DNA of 32,000 nucleotides from sequence record CM069218.1. One strand, 5' to 3'. Both the position numbers and the translations under genes were made by a program. Of the stretch, positions 21,570-30,927 are shown one piece after another. A model generated the notes under the pieces. That model made no database searches and was not told the origin of the DNA. It saw only the letters and a program-made list of their open reading frames with translations. Numbering within the stretch: position 1 is the stretch's first letter; every line of letters starts with the position of its first letter.

Positions 21570-22589
21570 TATATTTACTCCTTATGTAACACATGTTTGT
21601 ATTTGGCAGGAAAAAAAATTTTTAAGTTAAGTTAGAGCTTGCGCCTTTAGGCGTGGCGTGACACAAACTCCTCCCCCTCGTTATAGCTATACTAAGGGTA
21701 TAAATACAGTATTAATTTATTGTAGAAATTAAAAAAATATAAATGAATTGTATATATCTTTTATATTATATCTAAGATATACAAGTATATAAAGAGACTA
21801 TTATGGAAATACGTGCTATGTATTAAAGAGAGAAATTTAACTTATGTACATGAATAAAACATATGAACTCTTAGAGAAATTATTTAATAAACGAAGTGAA
21901 TTGAAATATCTTATTAACTTCAGGAAAAAAAATCAAACGAGATTCTATGATTAGTGTGAACTAAAATAGAGTAGCCTATATAAATAAGTAAAATGGCCTA
22001 AAAGCTGTTTGAATTTATGGGGAACCTTCCTCAAAGGCTAAATATAATACATGAGCGACAGTGAAAAGTACCGTGAGGGAAAATTTTTTTGAAATAGTAG
22101 TTTTATAAGCAGCTCAAGCTGATAATAAAAAGCAAGAGCGTACCTTTTGCATAATGGGTCACCAAGTTAACATTAGATGCGAGCTAATTATCTTGATTTG
22201 ATAGATGACATGCATAGTTAAACCGATCATTAAAATAATGAATAGTGTCTAAAGTTAGACCCGAAGCCTAGTGATCTTACTATAGTCAGGGCTATAAAGG
22301 TCCGAACGGGTTATCGTTGCAAAGATATCCGAAGAACTATGGTAAGCGAGTGAAAGACAACACTGACTAGGATAGCTGGTAAAAAAATAGCCTAAGCAGC
22401 TATTTAGGCCAGTTTGTAGAAGTGAACCTTCTGCTATAAACCTTCAAATTGCGGGAAAGCCCTAAAGCAATTTCAACCAAACAGACGTGGTAACATAGTT
22501 TGTGGCACAGGTAATGACTCGTGGTACGGTAAAATCGAAATTGATACGCGTAAGTGAAATGGGTAATCCGCAGCCAAGCACCAAATATT

Positions 22590-22630
22590 AGGCAGGCTTC
22601 TAATCCCTCCGGATTATGAAATAGAGCTCG
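22590..22630 (+). repeat. 41-nt hairpin mini-element, copy B, inside the rnl-i1 core
   Basis: AGGCAGGCTTCTAATCCCTCCGGATTATGAAATAGAGCTCG is absent from the equivalent position of the paralogous nad1-i1 core (19026-19052). Confidence 0.9.
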
Positions 22631-23101
22631 ATATATGGTGTGCTGTTCATCGACTAGATGTAGGTTGGCGCAAGCTTAAGATATAGTCAAGCCTCATCCG
22701 AAAGGATGCAGGGCATTAAAGTAGTTTTTTATTAACATTTACTGCATATGAAATATGCCAACAATACCCGCCTTAATGTAGTATATTCAAACTTCATTAT
22801 TTTCTGTACAAGCAGCTGTAACCAGCTACTTGCAGATATAATAGCCGACAAGTTATTATGAATAGATACCCGTAGCAGCTACAAGCAAGGTACACTGTAG
22901 AAAGGTACTCGGGCCATTGGAAGGCTAGCACCCTACCCCAGTGATAGAATTGAAAGAATAACCTCTGAAGTAATTGAATATATTCATTAATATATAAAAT
23001 AAAAAAAAAAAAAAATAAGCTACTAAAATATACTTCTTTCTACATACAAATATTAAACAGCTATGCTGTTATTTTTCATCAAGTCGGATGTTAACCTTTC
23101 T

Positions 23102-23828
23102 ATGGTAAAACCAGTAATAACTTACTATAATAGCGAGCTTGAGAAAGATCGTATATTAAAAAAAATAAAAATAAATCGGTAGTGTATCGTTGAACTAACA
23201 ATGTAAATCAAAAACATATATTGGTAGTTCCTCTAATTTTTCTGTAAGATTATACAAATATTATAGTGTTAAACATATAATGAAGTATAATACAGCTATA
23301 CATAATGCTCTTTTAAAATATGGACACTCAAACTTTACTTTAGATATTCTTGAGTACTGTGAAGGTGTAGATCCCATAACAAGAGAACAATATTATTTAG
23401 ACTTATTAAAACCTGAATATAATATATTAGAACAAGCAGGTTCATCATTAGGATTTAAGCATAGTAAAGAAACTTTAGAATTTTTTAAAAATGAGCGTAA
23501 AGTGAGTGAAGAAACACGAAAGAATCTATCATTAGCTGCAACAGGTAGAATCTTAACTGAAGAAGATAAAAATAAAATATCTAGCTCACGTAAAGGTATA
23601 AAACTTTCAGATGAGACACGTGCTAAAATATCGGCAGCGGCTATATCACTTAACGGTGTAGCAGTTATAGTTAAAAATCTTATTACTTCAGAAGTAATAG
23701 AATATACAAGTTTAACTGAAGCAGCTAAAGCTATAGGTGTAAGTAGAACTGCTGTAAAAAAAGCCATTATCTCTGAAAAACCAATAAAAAAAATATATAG
23801 TTGTAAGCAAGCAGGCCACAAAAAATAA
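23102..23828 (+). CDS. GIY-YIG homing endonuclease; one apparent frameshift at an A7 run (23158-23164)
   Basis: The first frame is ATG 23102, MVKPVITYYNSELEKDRILKK. After the A run the next frame reads NKNKSVVYRWTNNVNQKTYIGSSSNFSVRLYKYYS...ALLKYGHSNFTLDILEYC..TREQYYLDLLKPEYNIL. NUMOD3-like repeats follow (FKHSKETLEFF, KVSEETRKNLS, LTEEDKNKISS, LSDETRAKIS). An HTH-like tail reads YTSLTEAAKAIGVSRTAVKKAI. The ORF ends at 23828. Confidence 0.8.
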
Positions 23829-26763
23829 AATATAAAAAAGTACTTTACTGCCCGTTAAATGGATAGTTTATAACTATTTAGGGAGAAGGACCTCGGCTTT
23901 ATCCTTAATTAGGATTAAAGAGGTAGATCTGTTTCTGCGAAACCTATAAAAGTAGGCAGTTTAAGTAACATCTTAGTAGGTACAGAACTTTATCTCAGAC
24001 AAGATGTATATTCTCATATGGATAAGTAAGGCGCGGCGCGGCGAAAGCTCTTCCTCGCTATTTATCTATTTATATGAAATACATTTTATTTGTATACATC
24101 GGGGGATCGTGAAGATTTTATCGGTGAGTATGTAGACTCGGAATGACAAAGATGGTTCTTGAATTATCGGACATAGAATGCTAAGGTTGTATGTCAAAAG
24201 GGAAACAGCCCAGAACAAAGAAATAGTTAAGGTTCCAAAATTATTATTAAGTGAAATTAAGAGGGTTTTTATATAAGTCGACAAGAAGATAGGCCTGGAA
24301 GCAGCCATATTTTAAAGACCTCGTAACAGAGCACTTGTTAAATCTTAAAAGCATCGAAAATTTATCGGATCTAAATAATATACCGAAACTTTGTCCACAA
24401 ATGACCATAATAAATTAAATTATGGTCATTTTTGTGGGGTAGCAGAACGTTGAGTTAATATTTGACTTTTCTTTTTTAAAGAAAAATATAGGACAACTCA
24501 AGTGATAATGGTGACATGAGTAACAAAAAAGAAGGGCTATGTAAATTATAATATAATATAATATTATATTATATGTTAAGCTCTCTCGCCTAAAGCTTAT
24601 GGAAAGAGTTTTAAAAAAGTAACGGCCTCTAAGTTGATAATACTTATATTATTGCGATGAGAAAATCTAATTACTTTAGACAACATTTAACCTTCAAGGC
24701 ACGGGCAAGCACCTCGAAAAATTTATTTTTTTTGAGGAGCTTGCAACCGCGCCTTGTAGGGAGTGAAAAATGTGCTGGAAAAAAAAAGTAACCGATCTGA
24801 TTTTCTTTATAAAACTAAGTGGGTGACACTACTCATGCATGCAAACTACTGCGTAGTCAAGCCAGCATGTAATACGTAGTACCACTCGCTTAATTAAGGA
24901 AATAGGAGAAGGAAATACCGTACCTAGAAACTGAAACAAGTAAGCTAGTAGAGAATACGAAGGCGTAATGAGGTAACAATCATAAAGGAACTCGGCAAAC
25001 TAACTACCGTAACTTAGGGATAAGGAGGGCTCATTAGTCTCGATTAATACGAGTAAAAAGGAAGAAGCATGAAATATTGTTGTACGACTGTTTAATTAAA
25101 ACAAAGCACTTTGCATAAAGATGAAAATCTAGGTATTGAGTGTGATCTCTGCCCGATGCCGGCTGGTTAACGAATTAACTATATTGATAAAAGTATGGTC
25201 TTAGAGGAACCCCCGGTTAATGGCGGCCTTAGCGTGAGGGTCCTAAGGTAGCGAAACGCCTTGGCCGTTAAATGCGGTCTTGCATGAATGATGTAACGAT
25301 ACAACAGCTGTCTCTATGATTGACTCAGTGAAATTGGAATAGCAGTGCAGATACTGCTTACCTCTAGTTAGACGAGAAGACCCTATGCAGCTTTACTGTT
25401 ACTAATTATTGAATATGATCCCGGCTATTCTGAGTGTATAAGGTAATTGATAAAATATAATTGAAACACCTTTATTATTCCATCATATTATAATTTATTT
25501 ATTTTAAATTTATCTTAGATTTTTATACTATACTAAACGTGCTAGTATGGAAATCAGTGTAGCTATATGCGGAACTAAATAAGAAAGTCAACCGAAATAA
25601 ATAAATCAAACTACAAGGACGGCGCTATATATAGCTCGTCGTCAAAATACGTATCAGTATGGTGTGATAAGGCAATTTTGTGGCGCAGCTACATAGCTGC
25701 ACCGCTAGTTAGTTGACACCTCACTATGAAGTTACTAATTTAGGAACTTCGTAGTTTACTCATACCAATACAATACGTATTTATAAGGTAGAACAATTGT
25801 TAGGAGACAGTTTATGCGGGGCACAGACCCCATAAAGAGTAAATGGGTGTGTCTAATAATAAAAAAATTTATGTTTGCAATTTTTTATAGTAATCCTATA
25901 TTTAATCATGTATGTTCTATTCATAGAATATAATATGAATGAATTCGATTCATTTATAATATAGTCCTTGGGTACAGTATAAAAATTATATATGTATTTT
26001 TGCAATATAATTTCCATGAAATTAGGAGGTAAGATTTTATTTATAGTGAAATTAGACGTAATAAAGTAAATATTATGAGATAGGCGCAAGCTCGAGGCAC
26101 AAGTTCTGGCGCAAGCTCTGGCACCTCGAGTTTGCACCTCTCTAATATTTTACTATAGTTATTATTTAGTGCTGCTACGCTTAAATTATTTTAAGTGTAA
26201 GCTTTTAAATAATAAAAATGTTTGTTACTTATAAAGCTTAATGGCTTAATCTTGCCTTACTGTTTGATTAACAACAAATCTTACAGTCGCGTAAGCGGGG
26301 CATAGGATCACAAGATACAAAAAGGAGAGATCTTGGATTATTGGAAAAGCTACGCTAGGGATGTTTGTCCTTCAATATTTATATTTATGTATACGAAGTC
26401 CGCATACAGACGTATAGACATACATACTACGTTAGGGATATTTGTACAGAAGTATGTCTGCATAAATATCATACGAAGTATGAAATCGGCTTACGTACGC
26501 AATAAATAATTGATAATATATTGGGTTAATTTCAAAAATTACTTTTAAGGCTGGGGTGATATATAGCTGTATACAGCTCGCTCTAGAAAAAAAGTAAATT
26601 TGAAGCGAAATTTATCTCAGCATTATAAAGCAGCTAGCTGCTTTACATAAAGATAAAATCGTTCAACGACTATAAGGTGAGTAATGCTAACAATAATCCT
26701 TTATTAATACCCAACTTTCTTTTTTTTTTAATATGTAAAAAAATATAATAAATTATACATAGC

Positions 26764-28145
26764 ATGAATAATAAAACTCCAAAGTTTTTATCTATTTTTT
26801 TGGCGCAAGCTCTTAATAAAGATAATAAAAAAATACCTTTTAAAAGTAAATCTGAAGTAGGAAAAAGATACTTTCCCCCTGTATCTAGGGAATGAAAAAA
26901 TAGTATTTATGTATTTAATAAAAATAATATAAAAAATATGCCTATTTATGATTTAAATATTAATTTATTAATTAAAAGTTTTTTTTTAATTTGTATTTTA
27001 ATCCTAAATTTTTATATAATAAATATAGATCATATAAAACTAGAAGTATTTCATTAAATAAAATATTTGCTAGTAAGGCAGAAGTAAAACATACTAATAA
27101 TAAAGCAGTTATAACTGTATATGTCTATAACAGAGAAAAAATATCTTTATTAAAAAAAATAAAAAAATTAAACAAAAATCTTTTTAATTTAATAGCTAAA
27201 TTTGCAGTTATTTTAAATAAGAAGGAAGGTGGCTGCATACGAAGTCTGGCTGCTTCTAATCCGGAGGATATGCAAACAAGCTATAGTTCTGATTTTAAGA
27301 ATTTAGCTAAAGCTGATAACCAACCAGTAGCCCTACGAAGTCTGCAAGAAATTTTTAAATATGAAAAAACTCTAACTAAATCTTTTTTAATTAAAAACTT
27401 AAGACTTCTTAGAAAATATAAATTAAGACTAAATCTTAATAAATATAAATTTGAAGAAAAACTTTTATATAAATTGAAAAATTTTATAGTAAAATATTAT
27501 AATAAGAAAGTTGAATTTAATATTGTAAATATTAGATCGGTGGTATTTCATAGTGATTTTTTCACTAATATTTTACTATCTAAATTAAAAAATAGAAGAG
27601 CTAATATATTAAGAACGATGGATACTATTTTAAATAAGGTAGTTTTACCTAAAGTAAATAGAATAATAGAAAAAAGTTTTCATATAAAAGGTATAGATTT
27701 TAAATTATTAGAAAATAAATATCTAAATACTAAAATAAGTTATATACTTAGAGGGGGCAAGCTCGATAAGAATTTATCTAAATTCTTAAATAAGTTATTT
27801 TATAACGTTATGAGTGCCGCTGCCACAGCAGCAGCTTCACACCAGTGCCTTAATAAAGATTATTTAAAAATATATGAAATAATTTTTAATTCTATAAATT
27901 ATAAAAATATGGGCGGTGTAAGATTAGAAGCTAAAGGTAGATTAACTAAACGATATAGAGCAGATAGATCTCAATTTAAAGTAAGGTGGAAAGGAGGTTT
28001 GAAAAACATTGATTCTTCATATAAAGGATTATCATCTATAAATATGAGAGGTTTTGTTAAACCTAATATTGATTATTCAATACTAGCATATAAACGTCGG
28101 ATTGGTGCTTTTGCAGTAAAAGGTTGAGTGTCAGGTAAATCTTAG
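26764..28145 (+). CDS. rps3: mitochondrial ribosomal protein S3 (S5/Var1 family), intron-encoded; requires a frame change at a T9 run (26979-26987)
   Basis: The first frame is ATG 26764, MNNKTPKFLSIFLAQALNKDNKKIPFKSKSEVGKRYFPPVSREWKNSIYVFNKNNIKNMPIYDLNINLLIKSFF. The next frame is NLYFNPKFLYNKYRSYKTRSISLNKIFASKAEVKHTNNKAVITVYVYNREK...GGVRLEAKGRLTKRYRADRS..KRRIGAFAVKGWVSGKS*. Stop is TAG 28143-28145. Confidence 0.85.
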
Positions 28146-28193
28146 TCTACATCAGCTACTTATAGTTCAGTTAATACGAGTATAGATTCATAG

Positions 28194-28586
28194 GCTGTCA
28201 CAGGATTTTCTGATGCATAAGGTTCATTTAATATAACAGTTTATAATGATAATACTCGTTCTACTAGTTGAGCTATAAAATTACGTTTTAAAATTGAGTT
28301 ACATAACCGGGATTTACATATATTAAATGAAATTAAAAAATTCTTTAATGGAGGAACTATCATAACGGATGAAAATAGTCAAATTAAATTTGAGTCTTTA
28401 AAAGAATTAGAGTTGATTATAAATCATTTTGATAAATATCCTCTAGTTACAAAAAAATTTGAAGACTATCTACTTTTTAGACAAGCTTATGTAATGTTAA
28501 AAAACAAAGAACATTTAACTGAAGTAGGTTTAAAAGAAATACGTAATATAAAATTATATATGAATAAAGGAAGAGTTTTAAGTTAA
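28194..28586 (+). pseudogene. single-domain LAGLIDADG homing endonuclease relic, in the same frame as rps3
   Basis: It encodes AVTGFSDA*GSFNITVYNDNTRSTSWAIKLRFKIELHNRDLHILNEIKKFFNGGTIITDENSQIKFESLKELELIINHFDKYPLVTKKFEDYLLFRQAYVMLKNKEHLTEVGLKEIRNIKLYMNKGRVLS*. An in-frame TAA at 28218-28220 sits where the LAGLIDADG acidic residue is expected. Confidence 0.75.
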
Positions 28587-28909
28587 AAAGCAATGTGGAA
28601 GCTATAAATAAAAAAAAAATAGCGGAAAATAATAGGTTTGTATTTAGGGCGTAAACTCGTACATTAATTTTAGGTACGAGCCCCATCTGGTGAAAAAAAA
28701 ATAAGAAATGAAGAAATAGTCTGAACCCTTTTGTAAAAAATGGAAATAAATTAAAATGATAACAAGTTGAACAGGCTAATTTGCGCAAGAGTGTACATAA
28801 TGAGTGCGCGGTTTGGCACCTCGATGTCGGCTTAACTTATCCTCATGGATGCAGAAACTATGTAGGGTACGACTGTTCGTCGATTAAAAAGTTACATGAG
28901 CTGGGTGTT

Positions 28910-30164
28910 AGCCCTATAATATTGATACTTATATTAAGTAACAATGATTATGAATATTTCTGGATTAATTGCAAAAATATTTTTACCATATGATAATTAT
29001 CAGTAATAATAATTTGCAGCGAAGTTTATCTTAGCATAAATAAAAGATAAAATCGTTCAACGACTATAAGGTGAGTAATGCTAACAATAAACCTTTAATA
29101 ATATCCAAGCCTACCACCTAAGAAATACGTCAAAAATAAATTAAATTACAATATATGATGAATAAAACAACAATGATTAGATTTTTAAATTCTCTTAATA
29201 AATTAGAAGGGAATAAGAAAGAATATCGCGGTAAATCAAAGCTACCTGTATATTTAAATGATGTTCTCATAGGGTTACTTTTAAGTGATGGACATTTAGA
29301 AAGAACTTCACCAACGAGTGCAGTTCGTCTTTCTGTAAGTTTTGGAGCTAAACATTCTTTATACTTGCGTCACTTATATGATCTATTTGAACCTTATACA
29401 AATACAGGGCCAGCCTCTATCAGCGTAACTAACAGAAAGACTAAAACAAGTCATGAAGTTATAAGGTTTAAAACTGTAAGTTTACCACAATTGGTGTATT
29501 ATCATCAACTATTTTATGAATTAAATTCACAAGGTAAATTAATAAAAATTGTACCTTGTAATATAGTAGAGCTTATGTCTCCAGTGGTGTTAGCACATCT
29601 TATTATGGGGGATGGGAATTTAAAATTGCCTGACGAAATAATACGTATATACACTAATAGTTTTACTAAAGAAGAGGTCGAATTATTGTCTTTAGCTATA
29701 ACTAAAAAATTAAATATACTAAGTAAAGTTGCTCATGATAGAAATAATCAGTATATGATAACTATTAGTAAAAGTCAATTACCACTGGTAAGAGAGCTTA
29801 CTAAAGCTTATATGCATCCTTCTATGTACTATAAGCTAGGTTTAGAACCAGTTAACTTAGATTTTTTCGATACTGAGTATAAAAATATACCTGAACTAAA
29901 CCAGTTTAGCTCAGATTGTTATGATTACAAAGATATATTTGATAAATAACTGGAGTGCATTTAGCTTGCACAGCTATTTATATGTTTTGTATTGGTTTTA
30001 CAAGCAGCGTCTTGTACTTTGGTGTGATTTAGGATAGGTAGGTTAAGACATAGTCTGAACAGTATAGTGATATATTGAGCTAAGCTAAAATAAAAGATTA
30101 TAGGTGAGGTATATTAGGGCGCAAGCTCCTCCCTTATTTTTTTTTAGAATAGTATAACAAGTTG
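28910..30164 (+). mobile_element. group I intron rnl-i3 in domain V (boundaries +/- 5 nt)
   Basis: It splits GAGCTGGGTGTT|TAAATACGTCGTGAGACAG. There is T at 28909 and G at 30164. A 48-nt core block (29043-29090) is identical to rnl-i2 26649-26696. It contains an intact LAGLIDADG ORF. Confidence 0.75.
29155..29949 (+). CDS. double-motif LAGLIDADG homing endonuclease, intact (264 aa)
   Basis: This is an uninterrupted ORF. Motif 1 is VLIGLLLSDGHLERT and motif 2 is VLAHLIMGDGNLKL. Confidence 0.85.
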   Translation: MMNKTTMIRFLNSLNKLEGNKKEYRGKSKLPVYLNDVLIGLLLSDGHLERTSPTSAVRLSVSFGAKHSLYLRHLYDLFEPYTNTGPASISVTNRKTKTSHEVIRFKTVSLPQLVYYHQLFYELNSQGKLIKIVPCNIVELMSPVVLAHLIMGDGNLKLPDEIIRIYTNSFTKEEVELLSLAITKKLNILSKVAHDRNNQYMITISKSQLPLVRELTKAYMHPSMYYKLGLEPVNLDFFDTEYKNIPELNQFSSDCYDYKDIFDK

Positions 30165-30599
30165 TAAATACGTCGTGAGACAGTATGGTTTCTATCTTCT
30201 AGAGGGAATTAGAATATAACAAGGATTAATCTTGTACGAAAGGAACATGGGGTACTGTTGTATACCCAAAAGGTATGCCAATTTTATTAACCTCTGGTTT
30301 ACCTGTTGTTTATGTGCCTTGTATTAATTTCTTTTTTTTCGACGTCGTACGAAAGAAAAAAAAGGAAAATGGGATGTTATAGTCACTAACTAAATAAATA
30401 ACATAAGCATGGCAGGAAAGCTAAGTTAGTCAAAGATAAGTGCTGAAAGCATATAGGCACGAAGCTTGTCTTGGGATATTTCTTAAATATACGTAATATA
30501 ATATTACGTCATTAGGCTTAATTTGCAAGAATCTAGAGATTTTAAGGTATTAAGTACTAATTTTATAGTAAACTATATAATTGATATATTTTATTTAAA

Positions 30600-30670
30600 G
30601 CCGAGTTAGCATAAAAGGAATGCAATTGTTTTGTAATCAATAGAAGTAAGTGCGATACTTGCACCCGGCT
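30600..30670 (+). tRNA. trnT: tRNA-Thr (anticodon UGU)
   Basis: The acceptor is GCCGAGT/ACCCGGC with one A-C mismatch. The D arm is GCAT/ATGC and the anticodon loop is TTTGTAA. The T arm is GTAAG-TGCGATA-CTTGC. Confidence 0.75.
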
Positions 30671-30681
30671 AGGAGTTATAA

Positions 30682-30753
30682 GGATTAGTAGTCAAGTGGT
30701 ACGACATAGCTCTTTCAATGCTACCATCGCAGGTTCGATTCCTGCCTAGTCTA
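30682..30753 (+). tRNA. trnE: tRNA-Glu (anticodon UUC)
   Basis: The acceptor is GGATTAG/CTAGTCT with two G-U pairs. The anticodon loop is CTTTCAA. The T arm is GCAGG-TTCGATT-CCTGC. Confidence 0.75.
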
Positions 30754-30927
30754 TTAGGTAGGCGCAAGCGTACATACATAATGGCGAAGTATATCGAGGA
30801 GCTTGCGCTATATATATACAGCAGACGAAGTATAAATATCCCTACGTCAGGCGCGGAGGTTTACTTACGACGAGTTATATATATATAACCCTACGTATGT
30901 ATGCCCAGCACCGTCATTCTTTTTATT

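Larger units (their letters stand above)
22381..23931 (+). mobile_element. group I intron rnl-i1
   Basis: It splits the conserved GATAGCTGGT|T(T)TCTGCGAAA. There is T at 22380 and G at 23931. The core lies in the 5' part: CAAATTGCGGGAAAGCCCTAAAGC (about 22445), GTAATCCGCAGCCAAGC (about 22563), GTTCATCGACTAGA (about 22645) and TTAAGATATAGTC (about 22676). A GIY-YIG ORF lies in the 3' part. Confidence 0.85.
26363..28769 (+). mobile_element. group I intron rnl-i2 in domain V (the rps3-carrying intron class)
   Basis: It splits the conserved CTAGGGAT|AACAGGCTAAT. There is T at 26362 and G at 28769. The core block GTTCAACGACTATAAGGTGAGTAATGCTAACA lies at about 26661. It carries rps3. Confidence 0.85.
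21770..30560 (+). rRNA. rnl: mitochondrial large-subunit rRNA, interrupted by three group I introns (both ends approximate)
   Basis: Blocks matching universally conserved 23S segments appear in order. They include GTGAATTGAAATATCTTA..AGGAAAAAAAATCAA..GAGATTC (about 21893), AGTACCGTGAGGGAAA (about 22067), CCTTTTGCATAATGGGTCA (about 22143), GACCCGAAGCCTAGTGATCT (about 22258), GGATAGCTGGT|TTTCTGCGAAA, GGGAAACAGCCCAGA (about 24200) and TGGAAGCAGCCAT (about 24296). Further blocks are AAGGAACTCGGCAAA (about 24985), CGACTGTTTAATTAAAACA (about 25085), GGTCCTAAGGTAGCGAAA (about 25240), GACGAGAAGACCCTATGCAGCTTTACTG (about 25371), CTAGGGAT|AACAGGCTAAT, TTTGGCACCTCGATGTCGGCT (about 28811), GAGCTGGGTGTT|TAAATACGTCGTGAGACAG, GTACGAAAGGAAC (about 30235) and GTGCTGAAAGCATATAGGCACGAAGC (about 30441). 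Confidence 0.9.

Noticed and set aside
25862-26225. Possible additional intron in rnl between the GGAGACAGTTTATGCGGGGC..AAAGAGTAAATGGGTG block and the CTTATAAAGCTTAATGGC block.
   Set aside because: I recognised no group I or group II core elements or ORF. The segment is AT-rich with one GC repeat cluster (26084-26135). This fits a variable-region expansion of domain V, and it cannot be settled without an rRNA structural alignment.
28783-28792. TTGCGCAAGAGT in rnl as another copy of the GCGCAAGC element.
   Set aside because: It lies in a universally conserved domain V segment (corresponding to ..CCGCCCAAGAGU.. in bacterial 23S), so the resemblance is probably coincidental.
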